Assembly (NCBI GenBank): GCA_965223265.1
Contig: OZ244999.1
Location: 4,640,001-4,704,000, forward strand
Source of the DNA: Planctomycetota bacterium
Lineage (GTDB): Bacteria; Planctomycetota; UBA8108; SXIK01
Length of the DNA stretch: 64,000 nt
Direction: 5' to 3'
Shown here: positions 40,564 to 49,957 of the stretch, in pieces
Layout of the letters: each line of letters opens with the position of its first letter
Numbering within the stretch: the stretch's first letter is position 1
Notes under the pieces: generated by a model
The model's input: the letters and a program-made list of their open reading frames with translations, nothing else
What the model was told of the DNA's origin: nothing
Database searches by the model: none
Program-made: the position numbers and the translations under genes

Positions 40564-41694
40564 ATGCGCACGACACTCACGGCAGGTCTCACGGCGTTAT
40601 TTCTCGTCACTTTGGCGTACAGCGAAGAGAGCGGACACAGCGACATGCATGTCTACGTCGGAACGTACACGAATCGGGAAGCGACAGGGATCTATCTCTT
40701 TCGCATGGATGGGTCGACTGGACGCCTTACCGAAGAGGGCCTCGCCGTGGAGTCGAATAGCCCTTCATTCCTCGCCCTGCATCCGAACGGTCGCTTCATG
40801 TATGCGGTCAACGAGCAGGACGCTGCAGTCAGCTCGTTTGCGATCGATCGTGCGACCGGAAAACTGACTTTCGTCAACCAGCACCCATCACGCGGTGCGA
40901 CGCCATGTCATCTCACGGTTGATCCAAGCGGCCAGTGCGTGCTCGTAGCAAACTACACCGGCGGCAGCGCTGCAGTCCTACCGATCGACCTCGACGGGAG
41001 TTTGAAGCCGGCGACCGGTTACGTCAAGCACGAAGGAAAACCGGTCGACAAAGCCGGCCCACATGCGCATTCGATCAACGTCGATCCAGCGAATCGATTC
41101 GCTTTCGTCCCAGACGTCGGGCTCGACGAGATCTTCGTCTACCGTTTCGACCCAAAGACAGGCGCGCTGAAGCCCAACGATCCTCGCGGTGTCGCCACGC
41201 CGAAGGTCGCAGGGCCGCGCCACTTCGCGTTCGGCAGGGACGGTAAATATGCCTACGTGATCAACGAAACAAACAACACAGTGATCGTGTATTCGTACGA
41301 CGCCGCGCGCGGCGTTCTCGCTCCGCTGCAAACGATCTCCACGATTCCAGACGACTTCGAAGGGGAGACGTGGACGTCCGAGATTCAGGTTCACCCGTCC
41401 GGGCAGTTTCTCTACGGCTCTAACAGAGGACACGACAGCATCGTCGTCTATTCCATCCATCCGGCAGATGGTCGCCTCGAACTCGTGGAGTACCAATCGA
41501 CGCAGGGCAAGATGCCGCGCGGCTTCGGGATCGATCCATCGGGTCGTTTCTTCTTCGCGGCAAACCAAGAGAGCGACACGATCGTCACGTTTCGCATCGA
41601 CGTCAAATCGGGCGCCCTCACACCGACAGGCGACGTCGCCAAGGTCTCCATGCCAGTGTGCGTCAAATTCTTGCCTGCACAGGCAGCACAGTGA
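40564..41694 (+). CDS. Lactonase family protein (6-phosphogluconolactonase/YbhE-like 7-blade propeller) with signal peptide
   Basis: VYVGTYT, PSFLALHP, VANYTGG, PHAHS, GPRH, YGSNRGHDSI, PRGF..DPSG. Confidence 0.9.
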   Translation: MRTTLTAGLTALFLVTLAYSEESGHSDMHVYVGTYTNREATGIYLFRMDGSTGRLTEEGLAVESNSPSFLALHPNGRFMYAVNEQDAAVSSFAIDRATGKLTFVNQHPSRGATPCHLTVDPSGQCVLVANYTGGSAAVLPIDLDGSLKPATGYVKHEGKPVDKAGPHAHSINVDPANRFAFVPDVGLDEIFVYRFDPKTGALKPNDPRGVATPKVAGPRHFAFGRDGKYAYVINETNNTVIVYSYDAARGVLAPLQTISTIPDDFEGETWTSEIQVHPSGQFLYGSNRGHDSIVVYSIHPADGRLELVEYQSTQGKMPRGFGIDPSGRFFFAANQESDTIVTFRIDVKSGALTPTGDVAKVSMPVCVKFLPAQAAQ

Positions 41695-41733
41695 GTGACT
41701 ACGACAGAGGACTACGACAGAGGACGCAGTGAA

Positions 41734-42432
41734 ATGGTGCGCATGATTCTTTGCCTCATGATCGCCGGCAGCATGTCTTGCAGCAGTTCGTCGACTGTAC
41801 GCAGCGGCTCTTCTGAGATTCTGCCAGCGGCGTTCATCGGTGACGATGCCAATTTTTCCGGAGATAGGGCCGATGGCAAGAGAACGGCAGCGGAACGCAG
41901 CGAGGAGCGAGGTGACCCGCGAGTGCTGATCGGGTACTTCTCACTGAGCGGCAACACCGAAAAGATGGCGACCGCAGTCGCCGAGGGAGTTCGACGCATC
42001 GACGGCGTGACGGTTCTGAGCAAGCCGGTCGGCGAAGTCACTCTGGAAGAGCTGAGTGCAGCGGACGGTCTGATCCTCGGTTCGCCGACACACTTCGCCA
42101 ACATCCCTGGGGAAATGAAGACGACGATCGACAATTGGGTGTGGAAGTCACGCGCGAACTTCACTGACAAGGTCGGCGGCGCGTTTGCCACTGGCGGCAA
42201 CATGACAGGCGGCAAAGAGCATGTGGTGGTCTCGCTTCTCCTCTACATGCTGAACAACCGCATGATGATCGTCGGGCCGATCTACAAACCCGGCCCGAGC
42301 GGCTATGGCGAAATCGGCGCCTCTGCGACAACGGGTGCCGACGATCGTGGAGTCAGCGAAGTCGAGCTGGAAGAAGCCCGAAAGCTGGGCGAGCGCGTCG
42401 CCGCAGTCGTTCGCCGGCTCGCGAAACAGTGA
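41734..42432 (+). CDS. Flavodoxin/WrbA-like NAD(P)H-dependent oxidoreductase with N-terminal export-like extension
   Basis: YFSLSGNTEKMA FMN loop, ADGLILGSPT, KVGGAFATGG..GGKE, ARKLGERVA; N-terminus MVRMILCLMIAGSMSC. Confidence 0.82.
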   Translation: MVRMILCLMIAGSMSCSSSSTVRSGSSEILPAAFIGDDANFSGDRADGKRTAAERSEERGDPRVLIGYFSLSGNTEKMATAVAEGVRRIDGVTVLSKPVGEVTLEELSAADGLILGSPTHFANIPGEMKTTIDNWVWKSRANFTDKVGGAFATGGNMTGGKEHVVVSLLLYMLNNRMMIVGPIYKPGPSGYGEIGASATTGADDRGVSEVELEEARKLGERVAAVVRRLAKQ

Positions 42433-42447
42433 CTTGCTCCCTCAGGT

Positions 42448-43344
42448 CTACACCTCCGGCTCGATCACCGACTTATCCTGCGGAAAATAGTTGATGACGC
42501 GTCGACCGTGATTGAGGTCGTAGAGCTCCCACGTGCTGTCCGACACGCCGAAGACGATCTCGTGCTTGACGCCCGGATGCACCACGGCGCGCTCGAAGAC
42601 GCGAACGCAGTCAGCATGGGTCAAGTCGTACGGATGCAGCGGCTCGACGGTGCCGCTCCCGGTTTTGCCATCCGGGTCGATGCGTCCGATCCGCACGGAC
42701 ACGAATCCGATTCCATGGCGGGCGGCGTACAGGAACCCCAGCTGCTCGGCAAAAACTTTCGACAGCGGATAGCCGCCGTGGGGCCGCGTCGGCAAGTCGG
42801 CGCGGCGTTGAACGTCCATAGGAAGGCCTGATAGCACACCCGTCTCGCTCGAATAACCGATCCGACGTACGCCGTTTTGCCGTGCTGCCTCAAACACGTT
42901 GCGCGTTCCAAGCATGTTGTCGCGGCAATCCAGCCAATCGGCGTCGTCCCGTTTGGTACGAATGTTGACGAGGTGGATCACTGCGTCGATGTCCTTTGTG
43001 GCTTCAAAACAGACGTCGAAATCGAGAATGCTCCCGACGACCGAGTCTTCAAGCTCCGGCATAGGACGAATGTCGAGCCCGCGTATCTCGTAGCGTTCCC
43101 TAAGACCACGGACGAGGGTTGAGCCAACAGTACCGGCCGCACCGGTGATCAGGATTTTTCGGATGCTCGGATCGACCGGCAGCTCTTTCGGCATGCGCAC
43201 CGGCTCTGCTTGCGGCACCTGGGACTTTTCGGAAGCCTCGGACGGTGTTGCCGCCCCGTGCGAACCCGGCGCTCGGCAAGAGGTCAGGCCGCTCAGAAAC
43301 GCAAAGACGACGACAAGGTGACATGCCCGCTGGGTGAGTTTCAT
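42448..43344 (-). CDS. NAD-dependent epimerase/dehydratase (uronate dehydrogenase-like) with lipoprotein signal
   Basis: ILITGAAGTVG Rossmann motif, YPLSK (YxxxK), VSVRIG; N-terminus LVVVFAFLSGLTSC; GGAGGA SD. Confidence 0.82.
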   Translation of the reverse strand: MKLTQRACHLVVVFAFLSGLTSCRAPGSHGAATPSEASEKSQVPQAEPVRMPKELPVDPSIRKILITGAAGTVGSTLVRGLRERYEIRGLDIRPMPELEDSVVGSILDFDVCFEATKDIDAVIHLVNIRTKRDDADWLDCRDNMLGTRNVFEAARQNGVRRIGYSSETGVLSGLPMDVQRRADLPTRPHGGYPLSKVFAEQLGFLYAARHGIGFVSVRIGRIDPDGKTGSGTVEPLHPYDLTHADCVRVFERAVVHPGVKHEIVFGVSDSTWELYDLNHGRRVINYFPQDKSVIEPEV

Positions 43345-43475
43345 TCTGTACTCCTTCCGAGTGTTGCCGTGACGATGGAGCGATCGTCCCAGATCGTCGC
43401 CGCCAAGACAACGGTGGCCTCGGGCATCGACGTCGTCGAACCGATAGCCTCGCTTGACAGCTCATTGAGTGCGCC

Positions 43476-43505
43476 TTGCTTGGAGCGCCTGAGCTACTCT
43501 ACAAT
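43476..43505 (+). promoter_or_regulatory. Possible sigma70 promoter for the sulfatase
   Basis: TTGCTT-18 nt-TACAAT upstream of the MITE and sulfatase; motif match only. Confidence 0.3.
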
Positions 43506-43543
43506 CGCTTCAACAAACTGCCGCGGCGGGCGTTCAATCCTAA

Positions 43544-43702
43544 CAGCCCGTTGAAAAAGTCATTCGGCCGAGAAACCGGCCTCTTCACGCCCAGCTCGAC
43601 CGCGTCAATACTCGAAAATCTCGGAGATTACCTGCGTTTGCCGCGGCCGATCTGGACGCGAAGAGACCAGTTTTCGGCTCGAAGCACTTTTTCAACGGGC
43701 TG
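43544..43702 (+). mobile_element. MITE, 159 bp, 17-bp TIR CAGCCCGTTGAAAAAGT, CTAA target-site duplication
   Basis: Perfect 17-bp terminal inverted repeats; CTAA at 43540..43543 and 43703..43706; inverted near-identical copy at 55519..55678. Confidence 0.9.
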
Positions 43703-43749
43703 CTAACGCCGGATTTCTCTTTTTCTCGACAAGCTCAAGGCGCTGAATC

Positions 43750-45216
43750 ATGCGACAAATCTTCACTCTACTCCGCCTCCCTTTTGCTCTCTGCCTCGCG
43801 CTCTGCGTCGCCGGCGTGTTCGGCATCTCGACGCTCCAGGCAGCGACGCCGCCCAACGTTCTCTTTCTGATCTGGGACGACCTCAACTGCGATCTCGGAG
43901 TGTATGGACACCCTCTCGTCAAGTCGCCGAACATCGACCGCTTAGCGAGCCGCGGCGTCCGATTCGAAAGCGCATTCTGCCAGTACCCGTTGTGCGGCCC
44001 CAGCAGAGCGTCGTTCATGACGGGTCTCTATCCGGATCAGACGTTGATCCATCGCAATGCCGTCCATCTCCGCGAACGGCTTCCCGACGTTCAGTCGATG
44101 TCGCAAATGTTTCGCCGTGGTGGCTACTTCGCAACGCGCATTGGCAAGATCTATCACTACAACGTGCCACGGCATGTTGGCACCGGTGGCCACGACGACC
44201 CTTATTCGTGGGACCACACGATCAATCCGCGCGGCCGCGACAAAGACGACGAAGACCTCATCTTCAGCCTCAGGCCGGACAACTTCGGCGGCACCCTGAG
44301 CTGGTTAGCAGCCGACGGTACCGCAGCAGAGCAAACCGACGGTATAGCGGCAACGGAAGCGGTTCGAGTTTTGAATGAGCACGCGAAGAGGCGCCAGCCT
44401 TTTTTTCTCGCGGTCGGTCTCTTTCGCCCTCACACCCCCTACGTCGCGCCGAAGAAGTACTTCGAAATGTACCCGCTCGACAAGATTACTCTGCCGCGCG
44501 TCCCAGATGGCTATATGGAGACGCTGCCAGCACCCGCACGCCGTTCACTCACGCGTAAGAAGGAACAGGTCAACCTATCCGACGACTTAGCTCGCCAGGC
44601 GATCCAGGCCTACTACGCGACGATTAGCTTTGCGGATGAACAGACAGGTCGCATCCTCGACGCACTCGAAGACACCGGATTGGCAGACAACACCATCGTC
44701 GTTTTCACATCGGACCACGGCTATCACATGGGCGAACATGGACACTTTCAAAAGACGACTCTCTTCGAGAATGCTGCGCGCGTACCGCTCATCATCGCAG
44801 GCCCTGGCGTCGTCGCTCGCGGCAGGAGTACCGCCACGCTGACAGAGATGATCGACTTCTACCCGACACTTGCTGAGCTGTGTGGCTTGAGCGCTCCGAA
44901 GTACGTCTCCGGAATCAGTCTTGTGCCGGCGCTGCGGGATCCCAGCGCGAAGCTGCGTGAGGCAGCATTGACGCAATACGAAAATGGCTACAGCCTACGG
45001 ACGGCCCGCTATCGCTACACTGAATGGGGACTTGACGGCAGCGAGGGCATCGAGCTCTACGATCACCACACAGACTCGAGCGAGCTCGTCAACCTCGCCG
45101 CACAGGCGGGCCAAGCCGACACGCTTGCGAAGCTCAAAAAGCTGATGCGCGAACGCCTGGTTGCGGCGCGCCGGCTGCCGCCGGGGGTGCGCCAGATTCC
45201 ACCTCACGGCCGCTGA
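43750..45216 (+). CDS. Formylglycine-dependent sulfatase (iduronate-2-sulfatase/choline-sulfatase-like)
   Basis: Signal peptide; PNVLFLIWDD, CGPSRASFMTG (CxPxR), GKIYH, RPHTPY, SDHGYHMGEH. Confidence 0.93.
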   Translation: MRQIFTLLRLPFALCLALCVAGVFGISTLQAATPPNVLFLIWDDLNCDLGVYGHPLVKSPNIDRLASRGVRFESAFCQYPLCGPSRASFMTGLYPDQTLIHRNAVHLRERLPDVQSMSQMFRRGGYFATRIGKIYHYNVPRHVGTGGHDDPYSWDHTINPRGRDKDDEDLIFSLRPDNFGGTLSWLAADGTAAEQTDGIAATEAVRVLNEHAKRRQPFFLAVGLFRPHTPYVAPKKYFEMYPLDKITLPRVPDGYMETLPAPARRSLTRKKEQVNLSDDLARQAIQAYYATISFADEQTGRILDALEDTGLADNTIVVFTSDHGYHMGEHGHFQKTTLFENAARVPLIIAGPGVVARGRSTATLTEMIDFYPTLAELCGLSAPKYVSGISLVPALRDPSAKLREAALTQYENGYSLRTARYRYTEWGLDGSEGIELYDHHTDSSELVNLAAQAGQADTLAKLKKLMRERLVAARRLPPGVRQIPPHGR

Positions 45217-45382
45217 TCGACCACGCCGCAGCGGAGAGCTGAGCGACAACGCAGTAGAAACGTCGCGACGCTCTCAGCTAGAATGGGGCAGCGTCGCCGA
45301 GGGTCATGGCGACGCTTTTCGACCGTTCCGATGTTTCCCGCAGCGTGTCGCTTCTGCGACTCCACGAACATGAGGCTCCCCC

Positions 45383-46561
45383 ATGCAACGACACTCCTGT
45401 CACGGCATCGCCGAATCCGCGGTTGATCGTCTTTCGGCTACCTCAACACAGCTCCGAACGCTCCTGACGTCACCACAACTCAAAACTCTCGTCGCCATCA
45501 CGGTCGTTTCGATCGTGGCATCATGGCTTGCAGTGAAGTCCACGGAGCGTCCGGCGCTCGCTAAGTCAGCGATGGACGCACCAGAGCTCGCTGCCGAGAT
45601 GGTGAACGCTGCGAAAAACTACGTCGCCACACTGTCTCGCAGCCAGACCTCGCGTGGAAAGTTTCTGTTCCAAGACTACGAACGGTTCAACTTCCACTAC
45701 TTCCCCATCCCGCGCCGTGGCGTCGCGCTCAAGGATATGGACGCGGGCCAGCGACCACTCGCCTACGCTCTTCTCAACACCGCTCTGAGCCACCGCGGCT
45801 TCGCCAAGGCGACGACCATCATGAGCCTCGGCGAGCTTTTGCGCCAAACGCTGGAAGTGAAGAATCCTCTACGCGATGCGGATCAGTACTACGTCTCGAT
45901 CTTCGGCACGCCAGAGGTCGGAGCCACTTGGGGCTGGCGCTTCGAGGGCTTTCACGTCTCGGTGAACGTCACCATCGTCGAAGGACGCTGGATCGCAGTG
46001 GCGCCGTCTTTCTTCGGCAGCCGGCCGGCCATCGTTCCGGATGGCCCACGCGCAGGCCTGCAGGTTCTCATGGAAGAAGAGGAATGGGGTCGCAGCCTGG
46101 CGAAGTCGCTCCGCGCGGACCAGCGCAAGATCGCGTTTGGCGAGATTCCTGACTTTCTCACTGAGACCGTCGGCGGTTTGACGACAGCCAACCGGCCGAA
46201 AGTAGACCCCACGCCGGCGCGAGGAATCCCCGTCAGCAAGCTTTCGGAGGAACAGGTCAAGCTCTTGATGGATCTCATCCGCGAGTATGCGAAACGTCAT
46301 CGACACCGGCTCGCGGCGCAGGACCTCGCCAAGATCGAAGCGGCAGGCGTTGACAAGATTCACTTCGCGTGGGACGGGAGCCTCGAACGCTTCGAGCCGC
46401 ACCACTACATCATTCAAGGTCCGACGTTCATCATCGAGTACGACAACACGCAGGACGGTGCCAACCATGTCCACTCAGTGTGGCGCGACCTCGAAAACGA
46501 CTTTGGGGTCGACATGTTGAGGCGGCACTATCGGCTGCACCATCGGAAGAAGTCCGGTTGA
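45383..46561 (+). CDS. DUF3500 domain protein
   Basis: LSHRGFAKATTIM, YYVSIFGTP..WGWRFEGFH, FFGS.PA, IHFAW.G, YIIQGPTFIIEYDNTQ..NHVHSVWRD..NDFG. Confidence 0.85.
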   Translation: MQRHSCHGIAESAVDRLSATSTQLRTLLTSPQLKTLVAITVVSIVASWLAVKSTERPALAKSAMDAPELAAEMVNAAKNYVATLSRSQTSRGKFLFQDYERFNFHYFPIPRRGVALKDMDAGQRPLAYALLNTALSHRGFAKATTIMSLGELLRQTLEVKNPLRDADQYYVSIFGTPEVGATWGWRFEGFHVSVNVTIVEGRWIAVAPSFFGSRPAIVPDGPRAGLQVLMEEEEWGRSLAKSLRADQRKIAFGEIPDFLTETVGGLTTANRPKVDPTPARGIPVSKLSEEQVKLLMDLIREYAKRHRHRLAAQDLAKIEAAGVDKIHFAWDGSLERFEPHHYIIQGPTFIIEYDNTQDGANHVHSVWRDLENDFGVDMLRRHYRLHHRKKSG

Positions 46562-46634
46562 TCGGGCTTCTCGGTGATCGGTCAGCAAAGGTGTTATCGG
46601 TTAGAAGAGTGCGACTTGGTGAGCAGCGGCGGTG

Positions 46635-47021
46635 TTACTTGATGAGCCGAATCGTCGCGGGGTAGCGGTAGGATTCACCCCGTCCGGCGGCAACGGCTGC
46701 AATGATCACCAAAACCAAATCGGCAACCAGAAGCGCGAAGAAGAGGAAGATGCCGACCACCACGAAGACGAGCGGTATGCAGGCGAGCATATAGATCGTC
46801 ATCGAAATCTGGAAATTGAGTGACTCCTTGCCGTGCTCGTCGACAAACGGCATCTCATCCTTCTTGACCAACCAGACGATGAGTGGCCCGAGGATGTGGC
46901 CGAACGGAATGCCGATGTATGCGGCGAGCGCTGTCACATGGGCAGCAAGCCCCCAATTGCGTTCCTCGGGCTGAATACTCGAGTTCGGTGTGTCCGCGTT
47001 GCGTTCGTCGAAGTTCTCCAT
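46635..47021 (-). CDS. DUF4870 (Tic20-like) membrane protein
   Basis: GPLIVWLVKKD..FVDEHGKESLNFQIS..GESYRYP.TIRLIK; AAGGAG SD. Confidence 0.9.
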   Translation of the reverse strand: MENFDERNADTPNSSIQPEERNWGLAAHVTALAAYIGIPFGHILGPLIVWLVKKDEMPFVDEHGKESLNFQISMTIYMLACIPLVFVVVGIFLFFALLVADLVLVIIAAVAAGRGESYRYPATIRLIK

Positions 47022-47234
47022 AGCCGCTCCTTTCTTCCCCCGTTCCTAACGACGATTTCCCGCGACTAGCCCGCATTTCCCACAAGATTCCTACTGCGGC
47101 ACTGTAAGTCGCGTCGTTAAGTCGCGTCGTGGACTGCGTCAGGCTTGCAGCGATTCGCACCAGTTGGAGAGACGCGCGAGAAGGTCGCTCGTTACAAACG
47201 TTTTCGCTTGGTGGAAGGAAAACCTGGCGGCGCG

Positions 47235-49094
47235 CTACCGCGATCCATCGGCGGCCGGAAGGCGCGGAACCCGGAGCTCGAAGCAGGCGCCAGACTCTCC
47301 GCTTCCGACGTCTACAGTGTCGAGGTCACCACCCATAGAGCGCGCAAGCCTTCGGCTGAGCGCAAGCCCCAACCCGATTCCGGGCGCAGAAACGGCCGCC
47401 TGGCGCGCGGACTTGCTGAACGGCTGAAACAGCCGCTTAGCGACGTCGGCGGCGACGCCTGGACCGAAGTCGCGAACACGAAACGAGACATGCGCCGTCG
47501 TCGCACTCACGGCAAGCTGGATGCGCTGGGCCTCGTCGCGAGCTCTTGGGCGCGCGTACTTACACGCGTTGTCGATCAGGTTGAGGAGAATCTGCTCGAC
47601 GACCGAAACGTTGACGCGCAAGCGAGCCTCGGCAGGGGTCCCAACACCGCTCGCATCGATCGTCAGTTCGAAACCTCCTTGCTGGGCGCGATCTCGAAGC
47701 CGCGCTCCGGCGCGTTCGAGCACACACTCAACAGAGATCACTTCGGCGTCGCTGGTGACATCTCGATTCTCGAGACGGGCGTAGGCAAGCACGTTCTCAA
47801 CCATGTGGCCAAGCCTTCCGGCTTCCCGGTTGAGCGTCTGCAGGTACCGCTGCCGCGCTGAATCATCGGCAACCATGTCCTCCGCCAACATTTCGCTGTA
47901 CATGCGGAAAGTGGTGAGAGGGGTGCGCAACTCGTGAGTCACTGCAGAGACGAAAGCCCCGCGGCGTTCGCTCAGAGACACAGCACTCCGCAAAAGAAGC
48001 GCCACCGCAACGGCAAACACAAGAACACAACCCCATGCCAGCGCGAGCGGCCCTCCCACGGTCGTCAGACACTCTGCCAGCGGCACGTCGACCGTATTTG
48101 CGACGACCGCAGCCGGCACCACCGCAAGCCGCCGCGCCGCATCAACGTCGCCCGAGGAGCTGCGCATGACGGCAGGTGTCAGCCGTGCATTCGGTAACAG
48201 GTCGCTGACCTGATCCAGAAGAGAGCGCTCGAGCTTTTCCCAATCGAACCAACACGCCTGGACAAAAGAGCGCTCGTAAACTGCGACTCGCCGGGCGAGA
48301 AACAGGTGGTCGTTGAGCCACAACGGCTGCATGCCGCCCACGTTGACGTCGATCGTCTCCTTTGCTATGAGGTCGCAACCTATCGTCTGCCGCGGTAGAG
48401 CACGTTGATTGCTGTCGACGATGGAGTTGCGCAAGTTGAATCGCTGTACGAATTCATCGGTATTCTTGCCGTTCTGTAGCGGACTGATTGACGCCACTTG
48501 TTGTTGCTGCACGGAGAGCTCTGCCACGTCATCCCCAGCCTGCTCAGAGAGCTCGGGCGATTTCCCTTTCGATAGGGTCGCGATCGCGTTCTCGCTCGCT
48601 GTCGCGAGACGCGCGGCGAAATCCTCGCCACGCAGAACCTCACGGACTTCCTCGAGGCGGCGTTCTCGGTCTGACAAAAGGTAGCTGTTGAGTCCGCTTT
48701 TGAGAGCACGGTCGCGAGCCACACCGGTCGGGACCTGAGGCGAAGTCAGGTCGTCAGCCCCGCGTACTTGTAGGTGGAGCGCGATCACGGGCTGATCCAG
48801 CGTCAGGAGCGGCGATGGAGTGAGTTGATCACCCTGTGGAACGCGGCCCGTACCAGTGAGAAACGGGTGCGCTGCCGAAAAAAAAGTATCGTACTCGAAA
48901 TAAGGGCGCGCGCTCTCTGCCAACACTAGCGACGCCAAAGTCGAGTCCATTCGCCAAAGCGCAAGCCGGACGCGTTCTTCGCGCTGCTCCTCGCGTGCCG
49001 ACGCAATCACGCGCGAACTGACCCACACCAAGGCGCCAATGACGACGGCCAGAGCGGCAAGAAAAATGATCCACGTGCTCGTCAGTTTCTTCAC
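47235..49094 (-). CDS. Sensor histidine kinase (2 TM, HisKA + HATPase)
   Basis: FVSAVTHELRTPLTT, NLIDNACKY, VRDFGPG, FQPF, GIGLGLA; GTGA overlap with the regulator stop. Confidence 0.93.
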   Translation of the reverse strand: MKKLTSTWIIFLAALAVVIGALVWVSSRVIASAREEQREERVRLALWRMDSTLASLVLAESARPYFEYDTFFSAAHPFLTGTGRVPQGDQLTPSPLLTLDQPVIALHLQVRGADDLTSPQVPTGVARDRALKSGLNSYLLSDRERRLEEVREVLRGEDFAARLATASENAIATLSKGKSPELSEQAGDDVAELSVQQQQVASISPLQNGKNTDEFVQRFNLRNSIVDSNQRALPRQTIGCDLIAKETIDVNVGGMQPLWLNDHLFLARRVAVYERSFVQACWFDWEKLERSLLDQVSDLLPNARLTPAVMRSSSGDVDAARRLAVVPAAVVANTVDVPLAECLTTVGGPLALAWGCVLVFAVAVALLLRSAVSLSERRGAFVSAVTHELRTPLTTFRMYSEMLAEDMVADDSARQRYLQTLNREAGRLGHMVENVLAYARLENRDVTSDAEVISVECVLERAGARLRDRAQQGGFELTIDASGVGTPAEARLRVNVSVVEQILLNLIDNACKYARPRARDEAQRIQLAVSATTAHVSFRVRDFGPGVAADVAKRLFQPFSKSARQAAVSAPGIGLGLALSRRLARSMGGDLDTVDVGSGESGACFELRVPRLPAADGSR

Positions 49095-49798
49095 GACGCT
49101 GGCTCCAAACGCGCCAGCATGTACCCCTTGCCGCGCACCGTAACCAGCACGCGCGGCGTCTTCGGATCGTCGCGCAGCTTACCGCGAAGGCGCGCGATGT
49201 GCATATCAATGGTGCGTGTCTCGACGCCCTTCGGATCGAGACGCCAAACGCGCGTCAAGATCTCCTGACGCGAGACTGCACGTTCTGGATTGCGCGCCAG
49301 ATACTCAAGGATCGCCAGCTCTCGCTCGGACAGTTCAACGCGTTCGCCGTCGTCGAAGCACACTTCGCGGCGGGCCAAGTCGACCGCGCCGCCAGAGAAA
49401 ACGATGGTTCGCAGTTCAGTCGAACGCTCCGGGGAGCGTCTCAGTACCGACTCGATACGCGCAAGCAGCTCCTTGACGCTGAACGGCTTGACCACATAGT
49501 CGTCCGCACCAAGGCGCAAGCCGTGTACACGGTCGGCCTCCTCGCCGCACGCCGTCAAAATGATGATCGGCATCGTGGGCCGCGCAAGGCGAACGGCAGC
49601 CAGAATCTCCAGACCGCCTCGTCCCGGGAGAATCAGATCGAGGAGTATGAGGTCACACTCGGCCCCGAGTGCCAAATCCAGGCCTTCGTCGCCGGAGGTC
49701 GCAGCGAGGGCCGCATATCCTTCGTAGGCGAGTGCATCGAGAATGCCCTCGCGGATCGCGGCGTCGTCCTCGACGACAAGAATCTGCTTCTTCTCCAT
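49091..49798 (-). CDS. OmpR/PhoB-family response regulator
   Basis: ILVVEDD, LILLDLILPG, GADDYVVKPF, TRTIDMHIARLRGKL, TVRGKGY; ATG 49798. Confidence 0.93.
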   Translation of the reverse strand: MEKKQILVVEDDAAIREGILDALAYEGYAALAATSGDEGLDLALGAECDLILLDLILPGRGGLEILAAVRLARPTMPIIILTACGEEADRVHGLRLGADDYVVKPFSVKELLARIESVLRRSPERSTELRTIVFSGGAVDLARREVCFDDGERVELSERELAILEYLARNPERAVSRQEILTRVWRLDPKGVETRTIDMHIARLRGKLRDDPKTPRVLVTVRGKGYMLARLEPAS

Positions 49799-49957
49799 AG
49801 CGTGCCCTGTGAGTCGCGAAGGCTTTCGGTTTTCGCAATTGCCGTCCAGCCATCGAATGCTGCTCTTGATGCTACATCCTTTGTCGGCCAAAGCGCCCCA
49901 AATACACAGCGATTCGGCCGGCAAGCCGCATGCTCGCCGGCCGATCAACGTCGCGCC

